DNA of 61,304 nucleotides from IMG/VR virus record IMGVR_UViG_3300015155_000017. One strand, 5' to 3'. A program made the translations under genes and the position numbers. The notes under the pieces were generated by a model. The model did not search any database and was not told the DNA's origin. It saw nothing but the letters and a program-made list of their open reading frames with translations. The DNA is from a virus (taxonomy: Duplodnaviria; Heunggongvirae; Uroviricota; Caudoviricetes). This document shows, one piece after another, positions 22,859 through 32,008 of the stretch (position 1 is its first letter; each line of letters starts with the position of its first letter).

Positions 22859-23034
22859 TGCGTGTGGTATGTATCAGCTTGTTACCGTACCCGACTCGTT
22901 TTTGGGCTTCTGCGCTAATTGCAAAGCCACATGTCCTGATGGCTGACAACATCATCCCGGCACCAAAGCGCCGCCATACCGGTATTGCAGCGGCACGACG
23001 AGCAGCAAAGAGACGCAGGAGAGCAAAGCGATGA
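22858..23034 (+). CDS. small basic protein (58 aa)
   Basis: GGAGGTGA SD with TAGTG overlap; below track cutoff. Confidence 0.3.
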   Translation: MRVVCISLLPYPTRFWASALIAKPHVLMADNIIPAPKRRHTGIAAARRAAKRRRRAKR

Positions 23035-23207
23035 AAAACCGTAAGGCAAAACGACTTTTTTTACAGCGGCCTGTGCGTGTGGTGGAGCTGGTTATTAGCA
23101 ACCATAAGATAGCGGTACTCCATCCATTTGGTCAGGTGGCTTTTGCCGCAAAGCGTAAGCCTACTGCGTCACAGAACAGGCGGAAGAAAGGGTACGCAGT
23201 AAGATGA
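23031..23207 (+). CDS. small basic protein (58 aa), paralog of the next gene
   Basis: ATGA overlaps at both ends; N-terminus MKNRKAK shared with 23204..23392. Confidence 0.35.
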   Translation: MKNRKAKRLFLQRPVRVVELVISNHKIAVLHPFGQVAFAAKRKPTASQNRRKKGYAVR

Positions 23208-23392
23208 AAAACCGTAAAGCAAAGATTCTGTTAGTTCGTAGAAACGCTCCTGGCGTCTGGCAGTGGGTGAGACTCAGCAACCGACGGATGGGGTTGATGA
23301 AATATTACGGGATGATGGATTGTGGTTTTTGCAAAAAGCCCAGCGCGGCGCAAAACCGCTGGAAAAACCATTTGCGCACTAAAGGAGAGTGA
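23204..23392 (+). CDS. small basic protein (62 aa)
   Basis: MKNRKAKILLVRRN...; tandem paralog. Confidence 0.4.
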   Translation: MKNRKAKILLVRRNAPGVWQWVRLSNRRMGLMKYYGMMDCGFCKKPSAAQNRWKNHLRTKGE

Positions 23393-23393
23393 T

Positions 23394-23909
23394 ATGGCGT
23401 TAACACACCGCGAACTCTGTCAAATTGCGTACAAGTTCCTTAAGCGCAACGGGTTCAAGGTTTGTTTTCATGACCGCTTTATAGCTGTAACCAGTACCGG
23501 AGAACAGCCAGATGCTATGGGGTTCAGAAATTCAGCATCATGCCTGATAGAGGCGAAGTGTTCTCGTGCTGACTTGTTGGCAGATAGAAAAAAGCGTTTC
23601 CGTAAAAATCCCTCACTTGGCATGGGCGACTGGCGATTCTTTATTAGTGAGCCGGGAATTATTTCAATTGAGGATTTACCACCTGGCTGGGGATTACTTC
23701 ACGTTGTTAACGGAAGAGTACGGAAAGTACATGGGTGGCCCAAGGGTAATTGCTGTTGGGGTAATCCTGACGATAAGCCATTTACTGGAAATAAGCAGGT
23801 TGAATGCGATTACATGTTATCTGCATTAAGGCGCATGGAGTTGAGAGGGCACCTTAATGAAATATATGACGGTGTAATTGTTAATAAGAAAGAAGGAAAC
23901 GCGGCATGA
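23394..23909 (+). CDS. hypothetical protein (171 aa)
   Basis: AAGGAGAG SD then ATG at 23394. Confidence 0.5.
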   Translation: MALTHRELCQIAYKFLKRNGFKVCFHDRFIAVTSTGEQPDAMGFRNSASCLIEAKCSRADLLADRKKRFRKNPSLGMGDWRFFISEPGIISIEDLPPGWGLLHVVNGRVRKVHGWPKGNCCWGNPDDKPFTGNKQVECDYMLSALRRMELRGHLNEIYDGVIVNKKEGNAA

Positions 23910-24769
23910 TCACTATTACCAAAGAGCGACTGCTGACAATCAAGCAGTGGCGCGAAACATACGGACCTGATAGCAACGTTGTACTGCCAGCAGAAGAAGC
24001 GGAAGAACTGGCACGAATTGCACTGGCATCGCTGGAAGCAGAGCCAGTTGCTTATATTTTCAAACATCCGGCCGGGAAATTATTCTGGGCTTTAACGGAT
24101 GAAAGCAATAAAGAGCAACCGGACGTTATTCCTGTTTATGCTGACTCACCTGCGCCGGTTGTGCCGGATGAAATAGACGTAAACGATGTACCAAGGGCGG
24201 TGACATATTTCAAGACACACAGAGATTGTTACGCAGATGGCTGGAACGCCTGCCGCGCCGCCATGCTTCAGTCCGGAAACTTTCGGGAAAACAAGAATTC
24301 GTCAACCAATAATTTTCGGGAAATCGCGGAAACGTCAACCAACTATCCGGTAATTCCTAGTGAGGTGTTGTCCGCAATCCGGGAGGTTGCCAAGATTCGT
24401 GCCGATTTCGATGATTTTGACGGTGACAGGCGAGGTATCGGTGATTGTCTGGATGAGGTCGAGCAAGAGCTAATCGTTACCATTAACAAATATGCCAGTC
24501 AGTTGGCAGCAGAACCTATAGCGCCTAATGACGTTCGAGAGCAGACAGCCATTCCGCAAGTTCCGGTAACTCAGGATGGTTGGATAAGCTGTAGTGAGCA
24601 AATGCCCGCTCAAGATGATTGGATTTTAATTTATTCAAAGCACGGTGAGTATATGGCAGGACAGGTGCAAGGGGAATACGTGGAGTTGAGCGACGGCACT
24701 TTATCCTGGTTAGGGAACGCCTTGTTCTGGATGCCTCTACCAGAACCGCCGAAGGAGGTGAATCAATGA
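23906..24769 (+). CDS. hypothetical protein (287 aa)
   Basis: ATGA overlap with upstream stop; internal short tandem repeat near 24290-24350. Confidence 0.5.
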   Translation: MITITKERLLTIKQWRETYGPDSNVVLPAEEAEELARIALASLEAEPVAYIFKHPAGKLFWALTDESNKEQPDVIPVYADSPAPVVPDEIDVNDVPRAVTYFKTHRDCYADGWNACRAAMLQSGNFRENKNSSTNNFREIAETSTNYPVIPSEVLSAIREVAKIRADFDDFDGDRRGIGDCLDEVEQELIVTINKYASQLAAEPIAPNDVREQTAIPQVPVTQDGWISCSEQMPAQDDWILIYSKHGEYMAGQVQGEYVELSDGTLSWLGNALFWMPLPEPPKEVNQ

Positions 24770-24849
24770 GCTGGCCTGAAGCATTCACCACGGTAGGAAT
24801 TGTGATGGCGGCAGCACTGGGTTTGTATTCAATTTGTCGCTGGTGGTAA
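24766..24849 (+). CDS. small hydrophobic peptide (27 aa)
   Basis: ATGA overlap, GGAGG SD; MSWPEAFTTVGIVMAAALGLYSICRWW. Confidence 0.3.
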   Translation: MSWPEAFTTVGIVMAAALGLYSICRWW

Positions 24850-24851
24850 CG

Positions 24852-25085
24852 ATGGGGAAAATAACTTTTGTAGTCGAATTTGAGGATGGTAAAGAGCCAC
24901 CTGTTAGCACCAATCTTGATGTTGCTGGTGGCAGGCTTGTTTCGGTTCTATTTGGTGACTACCGAGATGATTTCTTCCAACCAGAAGAAGTTGATGTGGT
25001 GCGAGAGGCATTAAACGAGTTAAGTGTTGATAACGATGATGCTCATGCGGAAATCATCCAAAAAATGGAACTGCTAACTCACTAA
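24852..25085 (+). CDS. hypothetical protein (77 aa)
   Basis: ATG two nt after the upstream stop. Confidence 0.4.
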   Translation: MGKITFVVEFEDGKEPPVSTNLDVAGGRLVSVLFGDYRDDFFQPEEVDVVREALNELSVDNDDAHAEIIQKMELLTH

Positions 25086-25133
25086 ATTATCAATTATGGT
25101 GCTATCACCTACGACACCGAGAGAAAATTTATA

Positions 25134-25256
25134 ATGTCAAAAGTAAATGTTTTGATTTTTTCAGTAATTGTAGGTTTTGGTTTTTCTGCTGGAGTGCATA
25201 TTTATATTACGTGGGAAAAAATCATCAACTACGTATGGAGTTGTTTTATTAAGTGA
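25134..25256 (+). CDS. small hydrophobic peptide (40 aa) in AT-rich islet
   Basis: MSKVNVLIFSVIVGFGFSAGVHIYITW...; below track cutoff. Confidence 0.3.
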   Translation: MSKVNVLIFSVIVGFGFSAGVHIYITWEKIINYVWSCFIK

Positions 25257-25263
25257 GGTAAGT

Positions 25264-25557
25264 ATGTGGAGAGGTAATAGTCATGGCAAAAGCCAGATGA
25301 TACTTACCGAATATCAGTTTGACCATAAAACCAATAAATCACGTTCAGTATATTTGCTTCGGCACAATAGCCGCGTAAGGAATACCGTGCTGGAGCAAAA
25401 TCTGACTGTTGAAATGGATAATTACGGGGGCTTCAAGCCAACAATTTCGCTTGATGATTTTCCTCGTGGTTTAAGCGAAAGAGAAGCAATGCTGAAATTA
25501 GCAGAATGGCTACAAAGATTAAGCATTGCTATTGAAGATAACTGGTCTGAACCTTAA
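25264..25557 (+). CDS. hypothetical protein (97 aa) in AT-rich islet
   Basis: GAGGT SD before ATG 25264. Confidence 0.45.
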   Translation: MWRGNSHGKSQMILTEYQFDHKTNKSRSVYLLRHNSRVRNTVLEQNLTVEMDNYGGFKPTISLDDFPRGLSEREAMLKLAEWLQRLSIAIEDNWSEP

Positions 25558-25563
25558 ATTTAT

Positions 25564-25938
25564 ATGATGACACTAAAACATTTTCTTGACCGCCCATTAT
25601 GGGCGGCAGCCGCAGGCTATGACTTTAATTATATGGATTGCATGTCTTATACCGCCAATGCATACGACCATTCCTTCAGTCTGCTGCTTAATTCTTTAAG
25701 AATATTGCCGCAAACAGAAGTTGGAGAGCTTCATTTATGGCTATTGGGCTTTATCGCGGCTGGAGTTGGTATTGCTGTATGGCCTTTTATTTTCTGGCTG
25801 GTGGCTGTTGTAGTGTGGTTTAAGTGCAAGACGTACCGGAGAAAGTATTTCTTAGGTGATGGAATGACTGATATTGCCAAAATGAACATTGAAAAATGGA
25901 CTAAGGAATGTGAAAAGAAATGGCGCAAAAAGAAATGA
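25564..25938 (+). CDS. membrane protein (124 aa)
   Basis: Hydrophobic core LWLLGFIAAGVGIAVWPFIFWLVAVVVWF with Lys-rich tail. Confidence 0.5.
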   Translation: MMTLKHFLDRPLWAAAAGYDFNYMDCMSYTANAYDHSFSLLLNSLRILPQTEVGELHLWLLGFIAAGVGIAVWPFIFWLVAVVVWFKCKTYRRKYFLGDGMTDIAKMNIEKWTKECEKKWRKKK

Positions 25939-26858
25939 CCAGAATCACTGAAGAGCGTATATCAGAGATTATTTCCCGTATCGAAATGTATGGTCACGGT
26001 GCTGGATATACGGCAGATGAAGTATTGGCACTTGCCCAAATGGCTTTGGCGGCTTGCAAAGATGATAAAAAAATGAAGTTTATCGACTTGTTAGTGAAGG
26101 AGCTGCCTAAGTGCGGCGGGTGGCCTGATGGAATGAGTTATTGTTACCTACCCAGTGTCAATTTAATGGCACCATGCGCGACTTTTGCTTTTGGCTCAGA
26201 CCACAAAAAAGACACTTTCTTTGGGCGCAATTTTTGTTGTGAGATTGAGCTTCCAATTGGTGACCTTGATAGCGATGAATACCAGTCAGTTGTCACTCGC
26301 GAACAATACGAATCAGCTCTCATAGCGTCGCAGAAAGTCGAGTTCAATGGTGATGAACTTGAAAGTAAGACTTACAGGTTGGATTTTGGGCAATGGCTGG
26401 AACAGCAACGCGGGAAAATCGATGTGGACTGTGGTTGTGTGTCCACTGAAACATTCATGCACTGGCTGCGGGTAGCTTACGAGGCTGGCAACTATCCGGA
26501 TATTCCGGATAGTTCGGTGCCAGCACCAGGAAAGGGCGTCACCGGTGAACGTATCCGAATTAAGCCGCATGTTTATCGCGAACTGGTTAACCGTCTCCAC
26601 GATACAGCGATCAAGTGTGCTGGCACCCAGCAATTACGAGAAAGAATAAGCCGTGTTTTGGGCGACGTTATTACACCAGATCATCATAAACAAGCCGAGA
26701 AAAGTGGCCTGGAAAGGTGTCGCCTTGAGGCGGCATTAAACATTAAGCCGGGGCATACGCTTGGCATTATTGATGCACTATTGGTTCATAAGATGGCCAG
26801 GGCTTTATTGCCGCTGGTGGCTGAAAAGCATGAGGTGGACCATGCCAACGAAAGCTGA
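25920..26858 (+). CDS. hypothetical protein (312 aa)
   Basis: Long ORF overlapping the upstream stop; Cys-rich. Confidence 0.5.
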   Translation: MAQKEMTRITEERISEIISRIEMYGHGAGYTADEVLALAQMALAACKDDKKMKFIDLLVKELPKCGGWPDGMSYCYLPSVNLMAPCATFAFGSDHKKDTFFGRNFCCEIELPIGDLDSDEYQSVVTREQYESALIASQKVEFNGDELESKTYRLDFGQWLEQQRGKIDVDCGCVSTETFMHWLRVAYEAGNYPDIPDSSVPAPGKGVTGERIRIKPHVYRELVNRLHDTAIKCAGTQQLRERISRVLGDVITPDHHKQAEKSGLERCRLEAALNIKPGHTLGIIDALLVHKMARALLPLVAEKHEVDHANES

Positions 26859-27126
26859 ATTACAGGTGCGCGTAGATGAGCTTGAAAAAGAGAACGCGAG
26901 CCTCAAAAAAATGCTGTCGCGGGCGGAAAGGGAATTATCAGGCAAATTATTGCCAGAAGAACTGCCACCAGCAGATATACCTGATCGAGTGTCCTGGTGG
27001 ATGAAGTATTTCCGTGCACCGTGGGAGGCGTTTTGGTGCTACGACCATCGCAGATGGTGTGATGAACTTGATAGCAATTTTCCCTACTTTGCGGAAGGGA
27101 ACACCTGCCCTCAATGCAGGGGATAG
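26842..27126 (+). CDS. coiled-coil / zinc-ribbon-like small protein (94 aa)
   Basis: GAGGTGG SD; CYDHRRWC...CPQC. Confidence 0.4.
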   Translation: MPTKAELQVRVDELEKENASLKKMLSRAERELSGKLLPEELPPADIPDRVSWWMKYFRAPWEAFWCYDHRRWCDELDSNFPYFAEGNTCPQCRG

Positions 27127-27461
27127 CATTTGACGAAATCGATCACCCTATCCTGAACTTCAGAAAGAAGGTCTTTTTCACGCGCCAGGACGTCAGGATA
27201 TTGACGTTCTGGCCTTACCAGATGCCGGAGCTTCCCATTAAGCAGAATGGCCTCAGAAAACACTTTTACGCTGTGCTTTATCCCCTCTGTTTCACTTTTC
27301 AGCGTCAAAATAAAGCGCAATTGCTTATTAGCCTGATTCGGATTCAATACACGAATTTGCAGTTCGTCTATGCTGTTCCGCAATGGGATTGATGCTACCA
27401 CACTGGTGCAGTCTCTGATTGTCTGAATTGAACGGCTAACATTGAGAACGTTATTGTGCAT
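27111..27461 (-). CDS. possible small protein (116 aa), uncertain
   Basis: Only sizeable ORF in the 27.1-27.5 kb gap, weak RBS; a plus-strand alternative exists. Confidence 0.25.
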   Translation of the reverse strand: MHNNVLNVSRSIQTIRDCTSVVASIPLRNSIDELQIRVLNPNQANKQLRFILTLKSETEGIKHSVKVFSEAILLNGKLRHLVRPERQYPDVLAREKDLLSEVQDRVIDFVKCYPLH

Positions 27462-27493
27462 GTGCCTGATCCACTAACTCCTGGAGGTTTCTT

Positions 27494-27745
27494 GTGTCAG
27501 ATCGAAATATAGCAGCTAAAAGCCAGGAAGAGCGAGACAAGGTGAACGTAGACCTTGCCGCCAGCGGCGTTGCTTACAAAGAACGGCTGAATATACCTGT
27601 GATTGCAGAGCAGGTGGCTCGTGAGCAACCGGAAAACCTGCGCGCCTATTTCATGGAACGGCTACGGCACTACCGGCAGTTAAGCCTCCAGTTGCCAAAA
27701 GGGAGCGATCCGGTGTATCAGAACGAGGATGCACCAAAAAAATAA
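27494..27745 (+). CDS. hot: DNA polymerase III theta subunit (HolE) homolog
   Basis: [43 protein letters not shown] aligns with HolE. Confidence 0.8.
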   Translation: MSDRNIAAKSQEERDKVNVDLAASGVAYKERLNIPVIAEQVAREQPENLRAYFMERLRHYRQLSLQLPKGSDPVYQNEDAPKK

Positions 27746-27830
27746 CGGCAAGATGGGGGAGAAATGTGATTAGCCCCCAGCGTGGCGCGCCTACAAACCC
27801 CGCTTTCACAAACTATGCCTTTTCAATGTA

Positions 27831-27850
27831 TACTGTATGAATAAACAGTA
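27831..27850 (+). promoter_or_regulatory. LexA (SOS) box
   Basis: TACTGTATGAATAAACAGTA = CTG-N10-CAG consensus, 18 bp upstream of humD. Confidence 0.8.
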
Positions 27851-27868
27851 TCATTGAGGTAAAACGCT

Positions 27869-28258
27869 ATGGGCTTCCCTTCTCCTGCGGCGGATTATGT
27901 TGAAAGCCGAATTTCTCTTGATCAGCAGATAATTAGACATCCTTCAGCGACCTACTTCATGCGGGCAGCTGATAGCCATCACCGTGAGGGAATATTGCAG
28001 GGTGCTTTGCTGGTGGTTGATTCCTCGCTTACTCCGGTTGATGGTTCTCTGCTTGTGTGCGCTATGGAGGGTGAATATCGCATAAAGAGATACAGGAAGT
28101 ATCCGCGCCAGCACCTGGAGGACTTAAGCACCGGGAAGAAAGAGGCGTTACCAGTAGATGACGATGGATACACGGGCAGTAATGCTGTTTTTGGTGTGAT
28201 CACTCATGTCATCAATGATGCCCGAAGTGGGGAATTTGATGATTGTCCGGTTATTTAA
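27869..28258 (+). CDS. humD: UmuD-like SOS mutagenesis protein homolog
   Basis: LexA/UmuD peptidase S24 fold; matches P1 HumD. Confidence 0.85.
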   Translation: MGFPSPAADYVESRISLDQQIIRHPSATYFMRAADSHHREGILQGALLVVDSSLTPVDGSLLVCAMEGEYRIKRYRKYPRQHLEDLSTGKKEALPVDDDGYTGSNAVFGVITHVINDARSGEFDDCPVI

Positions 28259-28330
28259 GCTGCAAAGTGCTGGTGCTTTATGCCTGTGAAGTTTATAATT
28301 GTGTACACATAACGAGTACACGAGGTGTTT

Positions 28331-28552
28331 ATGCAATCCATTAACTTCCGTACCGCGCGTGGCAACCTTTCTGAAGTGCTCAACAATGTTGAAGCCGGGG
28401 AAGAGGTTGAAATCACCCGCAGAGGCCGTGAGCCAGCAGTAATTGTCAGCAAGGCTACTTTCGAAGCCTACAAAAAAGCGGCGCTGGATGCTGAATTTGC
28501 ATCCCTGTTTGACACCCTGGACTCCACCAACAAGGAACTGGTTAACCGATAA
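28331..28552 (+). CDS. phd: Phd antitoxin (73 aa)
   Basis: [32 protein letters not shown]... matches P1 Phd as I recall it. Confidence 0.9.
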   Translation: MQSINFRTARGNLSEVLNNVEAGEEVEITRRGREPAVIVSKATFEAYKKAALDAEFASLFDTLDSTNKELVNR

Positions 28553-28932
28553 TGAGACATATATCACCGGAAGAACTTGTTGCGCTTCATGATGCGAATA
28601 TAAGCCGCTACGGCGGCCTGCCGGGAATGTCTGATCCGGGTAGGGCAGAGGCCATTATCGGGAGAGTTCAGGCCAGAGTTGCCTACGAAGAGATCACCGA
28701 CCTTTTCGAAGTCTCCGCCACCTACCTGGTGGCTACAGCGAGAGGGCATATATTCAATGATGCCAATAAGCGTACCGCGCTAAACAGTGCGCTGCTATTT
28801 CTACGCCGTAACGGGGTGCAGGTATTTGATTCACCTGAACTGGCAGACCTTACCGTAGGCGCTGCGACTGGCGAGATATCTGTATCTTCTGTCGCCGACA
28901 CGTTACGTAGATTGTATGGTTCTGCGGAGTAG
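28552..28932 (+). CDS. doc: Doc toxin, Fic-fold kinase (126 aa)
   Basis: [25 protein letters not shown]...[11 protein letters not shown]; TAATGA coupling to phd. Confidence 0.9.
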
Positions 28933-28936
28933 ATTA

Positions 28937-29116
28937 ATGGCACGTAAATACAACAAGTTGTCCCGTGAAGCGTTAAAGATGCTTCTTGATGGCGTGAGCC
29001 GCCGCAAGGTAAAGCAATACCTGGTTGGTAAGCAAATTGGAGTCAGGACCGCTATTGCTGTGTTATGCCGTCAGGAAATGGTTGTGCTTAAACAGAGAAT
29101 GCCGGGCAGCAGATAA
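28937..29116 (+). CDS. pdcA: small protein downstream of doc (59 aa)
   Basis: GGAG SD before ATG 28937; symbol from P1 position only. Confidence 0.4.
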   Translation: MARKYNKLSREALKMLLDGVSRRKVKQYLVGKQIGVRTAIAVLCRQEMVVLKQRMPGSR

Positions 29117-29143
29117 AGCCCAATCAGTGATTAAAGGTGTGAT

Positions 29144-30187
29144 GTGAAAGCCGTAATTACTCCCTTTGTACAGAAAGAGCTTGGCCTCGCCACGTTCAAA
29201 GTGGATCAGGAGGTCAGAAAGCTGGTGGAGGCTGGCCGTAAATTTATTATGGAGCCGGTGCCGCGTGAGTTAATCGAGCACATGGAAGACGGCCTCGTTG
29301 TTACCGAGCAAACCATGGCAACAAATGAGGCGTTGCAGCCGTTTTTTAACAGCGATGAACTGTTTCGCCGTATTGGTGGAATTGACGCGCTGGTGGCGTG
29401 GTTGCGTAGGAAAGAGGGTCAATGCCAGGCCGCAGATCGTAGTTGGTGTGACAACCATATTGTCCACGCTGAACGAGACAATAGCGCGGTGTTGTTGTGC
29501 TGGCATCACGATAACCATTACCGGATGCGTGGTTTTAATGAGCTGAAAGAAACGCTGCACAATAATCGCGTTAACTGGATACTGGATGTCGCCCGTCAGG
29601 AAATGGGCCTTTCAAATAGCCATGATTTAAGTATTCAGGAGCTGTGCTGGTGGGCTTTCATGCGCAACATGATGCACCTGATGCCGGAAGAAGTCTGCCG
29701 CATATCAATAAATAAGATGAAGGCTACTCCGCAGGATAGCGGACCTCTGAAAGAGGCGGATATTCGCCCGTATGACGATCGCGCTACAGCATATGTTCAG
29801 ATGATGGAAGAACGCGCCGCGCCGATGCGTGCAAAAGTATGCCCTGTGGATGTTGACGCCGACCCTGGCATGGCGCATTTCAAAATACCAAAACTTCAAT
29901 CGCTAAAATTGCCCGAGTACATGGATTTTGTGGCTTCCCGTCCATGCTGTGGCTGTGGAGCTGCGGGAGCTGGCGCTCACATTACGCCTTATATCGTTCG
30001 TCATAGTCGATTATGCGCGCATGACATTTATGCTATTCCTCTGTGCCAGTCATGCCAGCGTGATATTGAGCGTGACCGCGATAATTGGGAGAAGACGCAC
30101 GGTAGGCTGGCGATGCATCAACGATTGTTCTTTGATTACGCGCTTGGAGTCGGCGCTATCACAAGTCATTCGTCGAGCGTTAGATAA
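29144..30187 (+). CDS. pdcB: hypothetical protein (347 aa)
   Basis: AAAGGTG SD before GTG; Cys/His-rich; symbol from P1 position. Confidence 0.5.
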   Translation: MKAVITPFVQKELGLATFKVDQEVRKLVEAGRKFIMEPVPRELIEHMEDGLVVTEQTMATNEALQPFFNSDELFRRIGGIDALVAWLRRKEGQCQAADRSWCDNHIVHAERDNSAVLLCWHHDNHYRMRGFNELKETLHNNRVNWILDVARQEMGLSNSHDLSIQELCWWAFMRNMMHLMPEEVCRISINKMKATPQDSGPLKEADIRPYDDRATAYVQMMEERAAPMRAKVCPVDVDADPGMAHFKIPKLQSLKLPEYMDFVASRPCCGCGAAGAGAHITPYIVRHSRLCAHDIYAIPLCQSCQRDIERDRDNWEKTHGRLAMHQRLFFDYALGVGAITSHSSSVR

Positions 30188-30188
30188 A

Positions 30189-30205
30189 ATTGCTCTAATG
30201 TATTG
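30189..30205 (+). promoter_or_regulatory. C1 operator upstream of lpa
   Basis: ATTGCTCTAATGTATTG. Confidence 0.55.
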
Positions 30206-30275
30206 CTATTTCTTTAATCGAGGGTATTATATTCGACGTTGATTAGTTGACATGGGCTAATCAGTAGGTGACAGG

Positions 30276-30728
30276 ATGTTACTTAACTGGCAGGGACGCC
30301 ACTTCATGGAAATAAATCACTCACGAATAACATCGTACGAGATTGCGGATTACATGATCCGCACTAAATCTCTTCTATCAGCGAAAGATCTCGCAGCAAT
30401 TCTTGAAAAGGAATACCCGCATCTGGATGTCGATAAGCGCGATGTTTATCTGCGCTTAAAGGCTATCGCTGTGTCTAAGTATTCGTCTGTTTTGATTGAT
30501 GACAGTACACGCCCACGTAGATTTCAGATCCACTCTCTGAATCCTGAATTCTTTCGCCGCAGCCGCGCTCCGCGCCGGTTTGATGAAAAACTCCAGAACG
30601 AACTCTATATGACGCAGGACGAAAAGGAACGCCGGGAGCACCAGCCTTGGGTGATGGCGCGTCAACTTTTCAATAAGGTGGTCCGTCAGCACCGTCATTA
30701 CGGTAATGCCACATCCGCACGTATCTGA
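30276..30728 (+). CDS. lpa: late promoter activator (150 aa)
   Basis: Position between pdcB and pacA under a C1 operator; AGGTGA SD. Confidence 0.7.
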   Translation: MLLNWQGRHFMEINHSRITSYEIADYMIRTKSLLSAKDLAAILEKEYPHLDVDKRDVYLRLKAIAVSKYSSVLIDDSTRPRRFQIHSLNPEFFRRSRAPRRFDEKLQNELYMTQDEKERREHQPWVMARQLFNKVVRQHRHYGNATSARI

Positions 30729-30754
30729 TTGATTGCTTGCCCGTTCCGGGCCTT

Positions 30755-30767
30755 TTGACATGTGACT
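30755..30767 (+). promoter_or_regulatory. candidate late promoter element TTGACATGTGACT upstream of pacA
   Basis: Member of the recurring motif family. Confidence 0.3.
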
Positions 30768-30814
30768 TTCGTTACCCTCGCGTCAAAAAGAGTTTTATAC
30801 GAAAGGAAGCATAA

Positions 30815-32008
30815 GTGACCTGGGACGATCACAAGAAGAATTTTGCTCGCCTGGCGCGAGATGGTGGTTACACCATCGCACAATATGCCGCCGAGTTTAA
30901 TCTCAACCCAAACACCGCACGTCGTTATCTCCGTGCATTCAAAGAAGACACCGGAACAGCGGACAGCCGTAAGCCAAATAAGCCTGTCAGGAAACCACTA
31001 AAAAGCATGATCATTGATCACGCTAATGATCAACGTGCAGGTGATCACGTTGTGGCTGAAATGGCTGAAAAACAAAGAGTTAATGCTGTTGTCAGTGCCG
31101 CAGTCGAGAACGCTAAGCGCCAAAATAAGCGCATAAATGATCGTTCTGATGATCATGACGTGATCACCCGCGCCCACCGTACCTTACGTGATCGCCTGGA
31201 ACGCGACACCCTGGATGATGATGGTGAACGCTTTGAATTCGAAGCTGGCGATTACCTGATAGATAACGTTGAAGCGCGGAAGGCCGCGCGCGCTATGTTG
31301 CGTCGGTCCGGGGCTGATGTTCTGGAAACCACTCTTCTGGAAAAGTCTCTCTCTCATCTCCTTATGCTGGAGAACGCCAGGGATACGTGTATTCGCTTGG
31401 TTCAGGAAATGCGCGATCAGCAAAAAGACGATGATGAAGGAACTCCGCCTGAATACCGTATCGCGAGCATGCTAAACAGCTGTTCCGCGCAGATAAGCAG
31501 CCTGATCAACACCATTTACAGCATCCGGAATAACTATCGAAAAGAAAGCCGGGAGGCGGAAAAGCACGCTTTGTCTATGGGGCAAGCTGGCATTGTTAAG
31601 CTGGCATACGAACGAAAGCGTGAAAACAACTGGTCAGTGCTGGAGGCAGCTGAATTCATCGAGGCGCATGGAGGGAAAGTACCGCCCCTGATGCTGGAGC
31701 AAATCAAAGCCGATCTGCGTGCTCCTAAGACCAATACCGATGATGAGGAAAGGCAAACAGCCGTCGGTGGCCCTTCTCTTGAAGATCTGGACAAAGTTGC
31801 GCGAGAACGGGCCGCCAACCGCCGCGCCGATGCCGCATTGTGGATTGAGCAGCGTAGGGAAGAAATCGCCGATATCGTTGATACAGGCGGTTATGGAGAT
31901 GTTGATACTGAAGGTGTATCAAACGACCCATGGCTGGAACAAGACCTGGACGAAGACGAGGAGGAAGACGAAGAAGTTACCCGCAAGCTATACGGGGATG
32001 ATGATTAA
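30815..32008 (+). CDS. pacA: terminase small subunit / pac-recognition protein (397 aa)
   Basis: Contains the pac site; acidic C-terminus; size matches P1 PacA. Confidence 0.85.
   Translation: MTWDDHKKNFARLARDGGYTIAQYAAEFNLNPNTARRYLRAFKEDTGTADSRKPNKPVRKPLKSMIIDHANDQRAGDHVVAEMAEKQRVNAVVSAAVENAKRQNKRINDRSDDHDVITRAHRTLRDRLERDTLDDDGERFEFEAGDYLIDNVEARKAARAMLRRSGADVLETTLLEKSLSHLLMLENARDTCIRLVQEMRDQQKDDDEGTPPEYRIASMLNSCSAQISSLINTIYSIRNNYRKESREAEKHALSMGQAGIVKLAYERKRENNWSVLEAAEFIEAHGGKVPPLMLEQIKADLRAPKTNTDDEERQTAVGGPSLEDLDKVARERAANRRADAALWIEQRREEIADIVDTGGYGDVDTEGVSNDPWLEQDLDEDEEEDEEVTRKLYGDDD
31008..31166 (+). other. pac packaging site: TGATCA/G hexamer clusters (four left, three right)
   Basis: TGATCATTGATCA, AATGATCAACG, GGTGATCACG at 31008-31049 and TGATCG, TGATCA, TGATCA at 31137-31166. 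Confidence 0.8.

Noticed and set aside
27114-27392. 92-aa plus-strand ORF in the gap before hot
   Set aside because: No RBS and it competes with an equally weak minus-strand ORF; the coding status of this ~350 bp interval cannot be settled from sequence alone.
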